From positions 21,964 through 85,963 of the forward strand of contig JBBIQS010000017.1 of assembly GCA_037442205.1 (NCBI GenBank): a stretch of 64,000 nt of DNA, in the 5' to 3' direction. Of the stretch, positions 33,227 through 42,719 are shown in pieces; the first letter of the stretch is position 1, and each line of letters opens with the position of its first letter. This DNA is from Myxococcales bacterium. GTDB lineage: Bacteria > Myxococcota > Myxococcia > Myxococcales > UBA5297. The translations under genes and the position numbers were made by a program. Below the pieces are notes generated by a model, which saw only the letters and a list, made by a program, of their open reading frames with translations, ran no database searches and was not told the origin of the DNA.

Positions 33227-33952
33227 TCAGCCCTTCCTGTCCATCTGCCGCTGCAGGTGCTTGAAGGCGTTGAGCAGCAGCTCCGCCTCGCGCTGGGTGG
33301 GGTTGGCCCGCTCCAGGAGCCGCTTGAGCTCGGAGAGGATCTCGTCCGGGTTCTGCAGGTTGAGGAAGTCGGCGGTCAGCAGCGCCTCGCGCATGCGGGT
33401 CCACAGCGCCTGCAGCGTGGCCACCTGGGCCGGCGGCGGGGCGTCCTCGGGCGGCAGCTTGGGCGCCAGCGAGGCCTCGTAGAGGGCGTGGCCGACCAGC
33501 ATCACCGACTGGGCCAGGTTGATCGACGACTTCTCCGGCGCGGTGGGGATGTTGACCACCAACTGGCAGTGGTCGAGCTCCTTGTCGGAGAGCCCGCGCT
33601 GCTCGTTGCCGAAGACCAGCACCACCTCGCCGCCCTGGTCGGTCTCGCGGCTGGCGCGCTGGACGAACTCGCGCAGCCACATCGACGGGCGCTTGGCGGG
33701 GATGCGCGAGGTGGTGCCGGCGACCAGCGTGCCGTGGGAGACGGCGCTGGCCAGGTCGGGGACGAGCTGGACTTTCTCCAGCAGGTCGTCGGCGTCGGTG
33801 GCCATGACCCGGGCGCGCTCGAAGTCGCGGGTGACCGGGTCGGAGAGGATCAGCCGGGCCAGCCCGCTGTTCTTCATCGCCCGCAGCGCCGACCCCAGGT
33901 TGTCGGGGTGGCGCACCTTGTCCAGCACCAGGGTGACGCGGCTCAGGTCCAT
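33227..33952 (-). CDS. SpoU/TrmH-family RNA 2'-O-methyltransferase (TrmJ-like)
   Basis: Track ORF of 241 aa. Motifs HPDNLGSALRAMKNSG, LVFGNEQRGLS, NIPTAPEKSSINLAQS. Confidence 0.8.
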   Translation of the reverse strand: MDLSRVTLVLDKVRHPDNLGSALRAMKNSGLARLILSDPVTRDFERARVMATDADDLLEKVQLVPDLASAVSHGTLVAGTTSRIPAKRPSMWLREFVQRASRETDQGGEVVLVFGNEQRGLSDKELDHCQLVVNIPTAPEKSSINLAQSVMLVGHALYEASLAPKLPPEDAPPPAQVATLQALWTRMREALLTADFLNLQNPDEILSELKRLLERANPTQREAELLLNAFKHLQRQMDRKG

Positions 33953-34118
33953 GCGCTCGAGGGCCCCACAGCTTTTGAGGGGGCGCGGAGTCTACACCGC
34001 CAACCCCCTGAATCGACCGGCGAATTGTCGGGAGGCGGAACCGGCGGGCGAGGGAGCGGTCTAACGACCCGGATCGGATGTGGATGGGGCCGCCGGCCCC
34101 GCGTATCATGGAGGGGTC

Positions 34119-34802
34119 ATGGCGCACCGCTCATGGACTTGGCGAGGGGGCAGCGGGCTGGTCGCCGCGCTGCTGTTGCTCTCGTGCGGGCCGGGGGCGC
34201 TCTCGCCGGCGGACGCGGCCATCCAGGACGTGCTGGTCTCCTCCTCCGATTACCTTGAGCTGACGCCGCCTGCGCGCCGGGCCCAGCTCTTCGCCGAGCT
34301 GGGAGCGCAGGCCGACTCCCAGGCGCGTGAGCAGGCGATCGACAGCCCGGCTCTCGTGGCGCTGGAGCGCCAGGGAAACCTCATCGCGGTGCCGCTGCCG
34401 GCGGCAGGGCAGCTGCTCGACGGCGGTCAGGCGAGCGTCGACGTCGAGACTTCATCCGACCCCTGGCCGATCGATCCCCGCGAGAGCCTGGGCGGCCAGA
34501 GCGAGCGCGAGCGCGCGCTGGCGGTCGGCTCGGCGCTGGCGGCCCTCCTCGGCGCCGATGGGCAGGTGGTCATCCAGCGCGCCGCCGGCGCTCCCTACGC
34601 CGCCGCGCTGCTTCTCGGAGAGCTTCGGCTCAATCCGGCGCTGCTCTACCTGGCCTCGGCCGCCGCCCCGGAGCCGAAGCCACGGCCGCTGGCCTCGCCC
34701 TCCGACGCCGGCGTCTCTTGCGCCAGCGCCTCTGGAGCTGCTTTCGCCTGGCTGATCCCGCTGCTCGCATGGCCGCTCCGCAGGCGAGCGATCGGGGCTT
34801 AG
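34119..34802 (+). CDS. Hypothetical secreted protein with N-terminal lipobox-like signal and MYXO-CTERM-like C-terminal sorting tail
   Basis: Inside track ORF 34080..34802, with ATG 34119 preceded by GGAGGGG. N-terminus LVAALLLLSCG. C-terminus GVSCASASGAAFAWLIPLLAWPLRRRAIGA (Cys, then a hydrophobic helix, then an Arg cluster). Confidence 0.6.
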   Translation: MAHRSWTWRGGSGLVAALLLLSCGPGALSPADAAIQDVLVSSSDYLELTPPARRAQLFAELGAQADSQAREQAIDSPALVALERQGNLIAVPLPAAGQLLDGGQASVDVETSSDPWPIDPRESLGGQSERERALAVGSALAALLGADGQVVIQRAAGAPYAAALLLGELRLNPALLYLASAAAPEPKPRPLASPSDAGVSCASASGAAFAWLIPLLAWPLRRRAIGA

Positions 34803-34863
34803 TCTCTCCCGGCCTCTGAGCAGGTTCGAGCCGTCCCTCGCTGCTCCCCAAGGCGGTGGCGCA

Positions 34864-35823
34864 ATGGATTCCTCCCTCTTCCGCAGCCAGCTCCTCTTCG
34901 CGCTGGGCGATTTCGACCTGCCGGCCCTGGGCGAACTGCACCGGGGCAAGGTGCGCGACAGCTTTCGCAAGGGCGATCGGCTGACCATCGTCACCACCGA
35001 CCGGATCAGCGCCTTCGATCGGGTGCTGGGGACGGTCCCGTTCAAGGGCGAGATCCTCAATCGCACCGCCGCCTTCTGGTTCGAGAAGACGCGCTCGGTG
35101 GCCCCCAACCACCTGCTCGACGTCCCCGACCCCAACGCGATGGTGGTCCGGGCCTGCCGGCCGCTGCCGATGGAGTTGGTGGTCCGCGACTATCTGACCG
35201 GCAGCCTGTGGCGCGACTACCAGTCCGGCGCCGGGGCCAAGGCCTACGGGCTCGAGCTGCCCCAGGGGTTGGCCAAGGACCAGCGCTTCGAGACCCCGCT
35301 GATCACTCCGACCACCAAGGCCGAGCTGGGGGCCCACGACGAGCCGATCAGCCTGGCGCGGCTGGTCTCAGAAGGGCTGGTGGAGAAGCGGCACCTGGAG
35401 CGGGCCTGCGAGATGGCGCTGGGGCTCTTCGCCGCCGGCCAGCAGTGGGCCCAGACCCGCGGGCTGATCCTGGTGGACACCAAGTACGAGTTCGGCCTCG
35501 CCGGCAACGAACTGCTGGTGATCGACGAGATCCACACCATGGATTCGTCGCGCTATTGGGAGGCGGCCGAGTACCAGGCGCGCCTCGCCCGCGGCGCCGA
35601 CCAGAGGATGCTCGACAAGGAGAACGTGCGGCAGTGGTTGATCCGCGAGCGCAACTTCTCCGGCCAGGGGCCGACGCCCTCGCTCCCCGACGAAGTTCGC
35701 GCCGACGTCGGCCGCATCTACGCCCAGGCTTTCGAGCGGATCACCGGCCAGAGGCTGCCGCTCCAGGTCGGCGACACCCGGGGGCGCATCGAGAAGAACC
35801 TGCGCGCCAAGGGCTACCTGTAG
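34864..35823 (+). CDS. purC: Phosphoribosylaminoimidazole-succinocarboxamide (SAICAR) synthase
   Basis: Track ORF of 319 aa. Motifs GKVRDSF, IVTTDRISAFD, LILVDTKYEFG. Confidence 0.9.
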   Translation: MDSSLFRSQLLFALGDFDLPALGELHRGKVRDSFRKGDRLTIVTTDRISAFDRVLGTVPFKGEILNRTAAFWFEKTRSVAPNHLLDVPDPNAMVVRACRPLPMELVVRDYLTGSLWRDYQSGAGAKAYGLELPQGLAKDQRFETPLITPTTKAELGAHDEPISLARLVSEGLVEKRHLERACEMALGLFAAGQQWAQTRGLILVDTKYEFGLAGNELLVIDEIHTMDSSRYWEAAEYQARLARGADQRMLDKENVRQWLIRERNFSGQGPTPSLPDEVRADVGRIYAQAFERITGQRLPLQVGDTRGRIEKNLRAKGYL

Positions 35824-35830
35824 CCGCCAC

Positions 35831-37150
35831 TCAGCCCTCCGCCGAGTGGGCGAAGACCCGGGCGAAGACCTCGTCCACGTGGGCCAGGTGCTTCTCGAGG
35901 TCGAAGCAGGCGCGGATCTCGTCGACGCTCATCGCCTTCAACAGCTCCTGGTCGGCGAGCAGCGCCTCGAGGAACGGCGTGCCTTCCTCATAGAAGCGCA
36001 TCGCGTTGCGCTGGACGACGAGGTAGGCCTGCTGCCGGTCGAATCCCTTGCGCGTCAGGGCCAGCAGCACCGACTGCGAGTGCACCAGGCCGCCCAGGGA
36101 CTCCAGGTTCTGCTTCATCCGCTCCGGGTAGACCCGAAGCTCGCCGACCAGGCGAGTGAAGCGGTCGAGCATGAAGTCCAGGGCGACGGTGGCGTCGGGG
36201 GCGATGATCCGCTCCACCGAGGAGTGGCTGATGTCGCGCTCGTGCCAGAGGGCGACGTTCTCCATCGCCGAGAGCGCGTGACCGCGCAGCAGCCGCGCCA
36301 GGCCAGTCAGGTTCTCGGAGAGCACCGGGTTGCGCTTGTGGGGCATCGCCGAGGAGCCTTTCTGGCCCTGGCCGAACGGCTCCTCGGCCTCGCGCACCTC
36401 AGTGCGCTGCAGGTGGCGGATCTCGGTGGCGAACTTCTCCAGGCTGCTGCCGATCAGGGCCAGCACCGTAAAGAATTCGGCGTGCCGATCGCGTTGGACG
36501 ATCTGCGTCGAGGCCGGGGCCGGCTTGAGCCCGGCGCGCCGGCAGACGTGAGCCTCCACCGCCGGAGGGAGGTGGGCGAAGGTCCCCACTGCGCCGCTGA
36601 TCTTCCCCACCGCGATCCGCTCGCGGGCCCGGGCCAGCCGGTCCACGTGCCGGCGCAGCTCGTCGTGCCAGACCGCCAGCTTCAGCCCGAAGGTGATCGG
36701 CTCGGCGTGGATGCCGTGCGAGCGGCCGATCATCGGAGTGCGCTTGTGCTCGAAGGCCCGGCGCTCGACCGCCTCCATGGCCAGCGCTAGATCCTTCAGG
36801 AGCAGGTCGCAGGCGGCGGTCAGCTGCATCGCCAGCGCGGTGTCGAGGACGTCCGAGCTGGTCATCCCCAGGTGCAGATGGCGGGCCGCGGGCCCGATTC
36901 GCTCCTCGAGGAAGGTGAGGAAGGCGATGACGTCGTGGCGGGTGGTCTGCTCGATCTCTTCGATGCGCGCGCAGTCGGCAGCGGAGAAGGAGGTGACCTT
37001 GGCGCCGCAGTCGGCCAGCGCCTCGGCGGGGGCCAGCCCCAGCTCGACCATCGCCTCCAACGCGTACAGCTCGACCTCCAGCCACCTCCGGTAGCGGGCC
37101 TCCGGCGACCAGAGGGCGCTCATCTCGGGCCGGCTGTAGCGCGCGATCAT
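35831..37150 (-). CDS. purB: Adenylosuccinate lyase
   Basis: Track ORF of 439 aa with AAGGAG upstream. Fumarate-lyase signature [12 protein letters not shown]-terminus [15 protein letters not shown] is typical of PurB. Confidence 0.92.
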   Translation of the reverse strand: MIARYSRPEMSALWSPEARYRRWLEVELYALEAMVELGLAPAEALADCGAKVTSFSAADCARIEEIEQTTRHDVIAFLTFLEERIGPAARHLHLGMTSSDVLDTALAMQLTAACDLLLKDLALAMEAVERRAFEHKRTPMIGRSHGIHAEPITFGLKLAVWHDELRRHVDRLARARERIAVGKISGAVGTFAHLPPAVEAHVCRRAGLKPAPASTQIVQRDRHAEFFTVLALIGSSLEKFATEIRHLQRTEVREAEEPFGQGQKGSSAMPHKRNPVLSENLTGLARLLRGHALSAMENVALWHERDISHSSVERIIAPDATVALDFMLDRFTRLVGELRVYPERMKQNLESLGGLVHSQSVLLALTRKGFDRQQAYLVVQRNAMRFYEEGTPFLEALLADQELLKAMSVDEIRACFDLEKHLAHVDEVFARVFAHSAEG

Positions 37151-37181
37151 CGGAAAGCTCCTTGGCGAGGAGGGATGTCGG

Positions 37182-38564
37182 TCAGGCCCGCGCCACCGCC
37201 AGCAGGCTCATCCCGACCGACGGCCGGGCCCGATCTTCGACCGCGGCGATCAGCGGCGCCACCAGATCGTAGGCCCGCAGCTGCAGCGGGGGCATCGCCC
37301 GCCGGCGCAGCAGCCGGCCGTTGACGAACCAGCCGGGAATCCCCAGCACGTTCATCGACTCCAGCCGCTCGACGGTGAAGCCGCACCCCTCGAGCAGCTC
37401 GCGCAGCCCCTGGCGCGAATAGCGGCGGAAGTGGCCCACCGCCTCGTCCAGCGAGCCGAAGAGCATCTGGTTGGCGGGGACCAGCACCACCAGCCGACCG
37501 CCGGGGGGAAGCACCGACTTGAAGCGCTGCACCGCCTCGCGGTCGTCGGCGATGTGTTCCAGCACGTTGGAGAGCAGCACCGAGTCGAACTTGTGATCCA
37601 GCAGGCCGCGCCAGTCGGCGTCCTCGATGCCGGCCAGGTGCGGGACCACCTGGGGCATGTGGGCGAACAAGTTCTTGAGGCGGTCGTAGTAGAAGCGGTC
37701 CATCTCCAGCGCCACCACCAGCTGCCGTCCCGAGGCGATCTGCTTGGTGATGGTGCCGATGCCCGCCCCGACCTCGAGCACCCGCTGTCCCAGGTGTGCC
37801 GACAGCTTGCGCCCGAGCCAGGCGTTGTAGCGCGGCGCCCCCTCCTCCATGCGCAGCAGGGTGTTGTAGCCCTCGTGCGTGTTGTCGGCGTCGTTGAGGG
37901 CGATGGCGTAGCGCATCAGGGTAATCGTCCGCTGCACGCGCCGGCGCATCGGCTCCGAGGCCTGGCGGCTGTCGTAGCTGATCGGCTCCTGGTGGATGCG
38001 GAAGAGCTGCGCCGCCAGCTTGACCGCGATCTCGGCGTCGATGCCGCCGCCGGGGCTGGAGAGCGGCATGCCCTTGAGGATCTCCGCGCGGAAGGCCTTG
38101 AGGCCCGTCTCGGCATCGGCCAGCGACAGGTCGGTGACGACTCCGGTGAGCAGGGAGAGGAAGTTGTCGGCCAGGTTGCCGTAGAAGGCGCCCACTGGCC
38201 GCGGCGCGTTGCCGCCCAGCTGGCCGTGGCGCACCCCGTAGACGGCATCGGCGCGCCGGGAAAGCAGCGGCTCCAGCAGCCGGGGGTAGTCGGCTGCCCG
38301 GTACGCCGGGTCGGGATCCTGGAAGATCACGTGCTCGCCGCGGGACTCGCGGAGCGCGGCCTTGATCGCGGTGCCACGGCCGCCGAACACCGCCAGGCTT
38401 CGGGCGCCGAGCGAGGCCAGCCCTGCCCGGTCGGATTCCGAGAGCCGCCCAGCGACCACCACCTCGCCCACCTGCTCGAGGGCCAGCGCGTCGCGCAACA
38501 GCTTGTGCACCCCGGCGGCGGTGCCCCGGTCTTCCACCGGGATCAGAATGGTCGCCTTCGACAT
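37182..38564 (-). CDS. Fusion protein: family-2 glycosyltransferase (N-terminal) plus class I SAM-dependent methyltransferase (C-terminal)
   Basis: Track ORF of 460 aa. GT2-like ILIPVEDRG...FQDPDPAY. Methyltransferase motif I VLEVGAGIGTIT and post-I/II LSNVLEHI, GGRLVVLVP. Confidence 0.7.
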   Translation of the reverse strand: MSKATILIPVEDRGTAAGVHKLLRDALALEQVGEVVVAGRLSESDRAGLASLGARSLAVFGGRGTAIKAALRESRGEHVIFQDPDPAYRAADYPRLLEPLLSRRADAVYGVRHGQLGGNAPRPVGAFYGNLADNFLSLLTGVVTDLSLADAETGLKAFRAEILKGMPLSSPGGGIDAEIAVKLAAQLFRIHQEPISYDSRQASEPMRRRVQRTITLMRYAIALNDADNTHEGYNTLLRMEEGAPRYNAWLGRKLSAHLGQRVLEVGAGIGTITKQIASGRQLVVALEMDRFYYDRLKNLFAHMPQVVPHLAGIEDADWRGLLDHKFDSVLLSNVLEHIADDREAVQRFKSVLPPGGRLVVLVPANQMLFGSLDEAVGHFRRYSRQGLRELLEGCGFTVERLESMNVLGIPGWFVNGRLLRRRAMPPLQLRAYDLVAPLIAAVEDRARPSVGMSLLAVARA

Positions 38565-38621
38565 GGGTCCGGGGTTCTACCACGGCCGGAGTGTCGGCCG
38601 GGATAGCTGCGCGCGCGATTC

Positions 38622-40655
38622 TCAGGAGGTCGCCGGCTCGCCCGGCCGCTCCTCCCCGCGCTCCAGCAGGTCCAGCCCGGCGCGGAGCGACTCTCCGGAG
38701 CCGACCAGGAACAGGGTGTCGCCGGCCTCGAACGCCATCGTCGGAGCCAGCTCGTTGAGCAGGGCGCCCTTGCGGCGCAGCGCCACCAGCAGCGCCCCGG
38801 TGCGGCTGCGCAGCCGCAGCTCGACGGCGTTGCGCCCGTTGGCGTGCGACTTCTCCTCCACCAGGAAGCTCTCGATCTTCAGGTCGGTCAGCTCCGCCAG
38901 CTCGCCCAGCCGCGGGCGGGGCAGGGTGAGGCGGCGCTCGGTTTCCTGGGTGTTCTCGCGGGCCTGCCGGAGCTGGGCGACGATCAGGTTGCGGGGCACG
39001 CCCGCCCGGCGCAGCACCCTGGCCATCATCTCCAGGCCGGCCTCCAGCTCCTCGAACACCGCCACGTCGGCGCCGGCCTTGATCAGCGCGGCCTGCTCGT
39101 TCAGGTAGCGGGTGCGCACGAAGATCGGCACCGAGGGCGCGCTGCTGCGGGCCGCGGCCACCGTGCGGCGCGCGGCCTCGGCGTCGTTGATCATCAGCAC
39201 CAGCGCCTGGGCGTGCTCGAGGCGCACGTGCGCCAGCACCTCGGGGCTGGTGGCGTCGCCGTAGTAGACCGGCTCTCCGCCGGCGTGTGCCCGGCGCACC
39301 GACTCGGCGTTGAGCTCCAGCACCAGGTAGCGCACCCCGCAGGCGGCCAGCGCCCGGGCCAGCAGCTTCCCCGACAGCCCGTAGCCGACGATCACCACGT
39401 GGCCCTGGGCCAGCGACTGCTCCTTGACCGCGTCCTCCACGCCGCTGACCCGCAGCAGCCGCTCCAGCGGGCGCAGCAGCCGCTCGCCGGCGGTGAAGCG
39501 CGGCGCCAGCCGCATCGCCATCGGGGTCAGGAACATGCTCAGCACCCCGGCGCTGAGCAGCGCCGCGGAGTCCGAATCCTTGAGCAGCCCGACCCCCTCG
39601 CCCAGCTTGGCCAACACGAAGCCGAACTCGGAGAACTGCGCCAGGCTGACCCCGGCCAGCCAGGCCACCCGCGACGGGAAGCGCATCGCCAGCGCCGAGA
39701 GGGTGGCCACGAACCCCTTGCCGACCAGCAGCCCGAGCAGCAGCGAGAAGACCAGCTGCGGCCGGCTGGCGATGACCTGCACGTCGAACAGCATCCCCAG
39801 CGACATGAAGAACAGGCTGGTGAGTGCGTCGCGCAGCGGCAGCACGTCGGTGAGGGCGCGGTGAGCGTAGTCGCTGTCGGCCAGCACCATCCCGGCGAGG
39901 AAAGCGCCCAGCGCCAGCGACAGCCCCATCAGCGAGGTCAGCCAGGCGGTGCCGATGCACACCCCGACCACCGCCAGCAGGAAGATCTCGCGGCTGCGGG
40001 TGGCGTCGACCCAGGAGAAGAGCCGGCGGGCCAGGGCGCGGCCGAAGCCGACGGTGACCGCCACCAGCAGCGTCGCCTTGCCCAGCGCCAGCAGGATGCC
40101 CTGGGCCGCCCCCTCGCCGCTGCCGGCCAGGACCGGGACCAGCAGCACCATCGGGACCACGCACAGATCCTGGAAGATCAGGGCGCCGACGGTGATGCGA
40201 CCGTGGGGCGCGTCGACCTCGCCGCGCTCGGCGAGGCCGCGCAGGACGATGGCGGTGCTCGACTGGGCAAAGATGAACCCGTAGAGGATCGCCCGCTGCA
40301 TCGGCTCGCCCAGGGCGCGCGCGGTGAGCACCACCCCGGCGATGGTAAGCCCCACCTGCAGCGAGCCGCCGAGGATCACCTGGCGGGCGATGACCTTGAG
40401 GCGCTCGATCGAGAACTCGAGCCCGATTGTGAAGAGCAGCAGGACGACCCCGACCTCGGCCAGGGCGTCGATGGTCTCGGGGCGAGTGACCAGCCCGAGG
40501 CCGTGCGGGCCGACCAGGGCGCCGGCGGCCAACAGCCCGGCGGCGGCGGGGATGCGCAGACGGCCGAGCAGGGCCGCGACGGCGACGCCGACCAACAGGA
40601 TGAGGGCCAGGGGGCCCAGGCTCGGGATCGTGGACACGGGAGGTGCTGGCTCCAA
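38622..40655 (-). CDS. CPA2-family (Kef-type) monovalent cation:proton antiporter with RCK/TrkA-N and TrkA-C domains
   Basis: Track ORF of 677 aa, starting at TTG 40655 or GTG 40637. About 12 TM helices, then a Rossmann motif VVIVGYGLSG, and a C-terminal TrkA-C-like segment. Confidence 0.85.
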   Translation of the reverse strand: MEPAPPVSTIPSLGPLALILLVGVAVAALLGRLRIPAAAGLLAAGALVGPHGLGLVTRPETIDALAEVGVVLLLFTIGLEFSIERLKVIARQVILGGSLQVGLTIAGVVLTARALGEPMQRAILYGFIFAQSSTAIVLRGLAERGEVDAPHGRITVGALIFQDLCVVPMVLLVPVLAGSGEGAAQGILLALGKATLLVAVTVGFGRALARRLFSWVDATRSREIFLLAVVGVCIGTAWLTSLMGLSLALGAFLAGMVLADSDYAHRALTDVLPLRDALTSLFFMSLGMLFDVQVIASRPQLVFSLLLGLLVGKGFVATLSALAMRFPSRVAWLAGVSLAQFSEFGFVLAKLGEGVGLLKDSDSAALLSAGVLSMFLTPMAMRLAPRFTAGERLLRPLERLLRVSGVEDAVKEQSLAQGHVVIVGYGLSGKLLARALAACGVRYLVLELNAESVRRAHAGGEPVYYGDATSPEVLAHVRLEHAQALVLMINDAEAARRTVAAARSSAPSVPIFVRTRYLNEQAALIKAGADVAVFEELEAGLEMMARVLRRAGVPRNLIVAQLRQARENTQETERRLTLPRPRLGELAELTDLKIESFLVEEKSHANGRNAVELRLRSRTGALLVALRRKGALLNELAPTMAFEAGDTLFLVGSGESLRAGLDLLERGEERPGEPATS

Positions 40656-40701
40656 GTATTACCCAGCCGCGGGGCGCCCGGCCACCACACGGCCGAATCT
40701 T

Positions 40702-41469
40702 TCAGGAGCGCAGGTCGAAGGCGAGCTTGGCCGCCAGCGCCAGGGCCACCGCCACCACCACGCGGCGCACCAGCCGATCGCCATTGCGAATGGCCAGGTG
40801 TGCTCCCAGCCAACCGCCGGCGAACTGCGCCGCGGCCATCGGCAGAGCCACCTTCCAGATCACCGTCCCGCGCCAGGCGAAGAGCGAGACCGCGGCGAGG
40901 TTGGAGGCGAAGTTGACCACCTTGGCGTCGGCGGTGGCCCGGGAGAGCGAGTCGCCCAGCAGCGCGACGAAGGCCACGATGAGGAAAGTGCCGGTCCCCG
41001 GCCCGAAGAAGCCATCGTAGGTGCCGATGGTCAGCGCGACCGCACCCGCGACAAACCGGGCCGCCCTCGGGCCGACCAACAGCCGCGGCTGCGCCAAGCC
41101 TGGGCGGCGCAATCCCACGAACAGCGCCGCCCCGGCCAAAAGGATCGGGATCAGCGGCTTGAGTGCCTGGGGGGAGAACTCCAGGACCAGGGCTGCACCG
41201 GCGAAGGCACCGGCCAGTCCGAGGGGAAAGGTGATCCGCGCCCGCCGGCGGTCGACCAGCCCGCCGCGGCCGAATCGCACCAGGGCGGCGAACGAGCCGA
41301 AGACCGACTGGCCCTTGTTGGTCCCCAGCGCCAGGTGCGGCGGCAGGCCGGCGAAGAGCAGCGCGGGGAGGGTGAGCAGCCCGCCGCCGCCGGCGATGGC
41401 GTCGATGGTTCCGGCCACCAGCGCCACCAGCGCCAGCAGGCCGATGCGCTCGGGCGACAGATCGGTCAT
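40702..41469 (-). CDS. TauE/SafE-family anion exporter (membrane protein)
   Basis: Track ORF of 255 aa. Polytopic, with AGTIDAIAGGGGLLTLPAL and the internal repeat TYDGFFGPGTGTF typical of TauE/SafE. Confidence 0.8.
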   Translation of the reverse strand: MTDLSPERIGLLALVALVAGTIDAIAGGGGLLTLPALLFAGLPPHLALGTNKGQSVFGSFAALVRFGRGGLVDRRRARITFPLGLAGAFAGAALVLEFSPQALKPLIPILLAGAALFVGLRRPGLAQPRLLVGPRAARFVAGAVALTIGTYDGFFGPGTGTFLIVAFVALLGDSLSRATADAKVVNFASNLAAVSLFAWRGTVIWKVALPMAAAQFAGGWLGAHLAIRNGDRLVRRVVVAVALALAAKLAFDLRS

Positions 41470-41663
41470 GGGGGCGGTCTCTTAGCACACGGCCATGCTC
41501 GTCCAGCAAACGAGCGAGAACGCGGGGGGCGAGCGGCTCCCTGGGTGACCTGCAAGTGGATGGAATTGCTCGCGTTTTTGCCGGCGCTCTGCGCCCTGGC
41601 CGCCCGCCTGGGCGCGCGAGGAGTGCCCGGAGCCGGACCGGGCTCTGTTATGCTCGAAAGCGA

Positions 41664-42008
41664 ATGAAGGCCTTCGTCAAACGCTTGGTGGAGCGGCTGT
41701 CGGACCCGGACGGCCCGCTCTCGCGCAATCGGCACTTCGACGCCCTCGACAACCCCGAGGGGCGCCAGGCGCTGCGCGTGTCGCGACGGCTGCGTGCGCT
41801 GCGCCTGGAGATCGAGGAGCAGGTGCGCTCAGGTGAGCCGATCCGGGTGGAGATGGTGCGCGAGAACGGCGCGGTGGTGCGGGTGCTGCTGGAGATCGTG
41901 CGCCTCAAGGCGAGGCGCACCGCGTTGCTCTCCGCCGACGAGCTGGAGCTGCTGATGCAGAGCGAGATCGTGCGCCGGGCGCTCGAGGGGCCGCTCAAGG
42001 CGGCCTGA
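41664..42008 (+). CDS. Hypothetical protein (114 aa, helical, Arg-rich)
   Basis: In-frame 3' part of track ORF 41556..42008, with ATG at 41664. Plausible composition but no recognised motif and a weak SD. Confidence 0.45.
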   Translation: MKAFVKRLVERLSDPDGPLSRNRHFDALDNPEGRQALRVSRRLRALRLEIEEQVRSGEPIRVEMVRENGAVVRVLLEIVRLKARRTALLSADELELLMQSEIVRRALEGPLKAA

Positions 42009-42719
42009 TCACCGCTGCGGGGAAGCGAGCGAGCGAAGCATCCAGAACAGCGCGCGCAGCAGCGGGTCCTTGGGCAGGTAGAGGTCGGGAATCGGCTCGC
42101 CGGCGCGCTCAGTCCAGGGCTCGTAGGAAACCGAAGAGCCGGACTTGATCCACAGGTGGATCCCATCCCGCGCCTCGAGCCGCAGCTGTTGGCCGTCGGA
42201 GGTCACCAGTTGGAGTCTGGGCGCCTCGACCTTGGCCTGGCCGATGACCAGCTGAGAGGCGACGACTTCGATGGTGATCGGGGACCCCCGCGCATCGGGA
42301 GAGGGGTGCTCGCGCGTCAGGTGCAGCGACAGCCGGCCGCCCAATGGCGTGTCCCCAACGGCGCAACCCTTCCCGAAGTCGACCTCGATCGAGGGCGAGC
42401 CAGCCGACTCCACGACTCGAGCGTCGGGGCACGAATGGAAGGCCAGGCGCAACGAGCGGCTCAGGCGAGCGCGCACCTCGGGCAGCGTCCCGAGGGGATC
42501 GAACAGCGGCTCGTCGAGCTTGAGGTTGACCTGGATCGCCGTGCCGCCGGGGTTGGACCACTCGCCCGAGGGCGACGGCCGCCCAACCGGCGGCCGCGCG
42601 GGGGCGGTCGCCGGCCTCAACGGAGTCTGCGGCTCGGCGGCGAGCGGCGCGGGCGAGTGGGCGCAGGCGGAGGGCGCCCACGCCACTGCCAGCAGCATCC
42701 TCGCCGCGCTGCGGATCAC
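42009..42719 (-). CDS. Hypothetical secreted protein (236 aa)
   Basis: Track ORF with a GTG start overlapping the upstream stop (GTGA). Signal peptide MIRSAARMLLAVAWAPSACA, a Pro-rich linker, then a beta-rich region. Confidence 0.6.
   Translation of the reverse strand: MIRSAARMLLAVAWAPSACAHSPAPLAAEPQTPLRPATAPARPPVGRPSPSGEWSNPGGTAIQVNLKLDEPLFDPLGTLPEVRARLSRSLRLAFHSCPDARVVESAGSPSIEVDFGKGCAVGDTPLGGRLSLHLTREHPSPDARGSPITIEVVASQLVIGQAKVEAPRLQLVTSDGQQLRLEARDGIHLWIKSGSSVSYEPWTERAGEPIPDLYLPKDPLLRALFWMLRSLASPQR

Noticed and set aside
37147-40164. 1005-aa minus-strand alternate-frame ORF over the GT2-methyltransferase and Kef genes
   Set aside because: It is Arg/Gly/Ala/Pro-rich out-of-frame sequence. 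The other minus-strand frame gives the glycosyltransferase, methyltransferase and transporter features.
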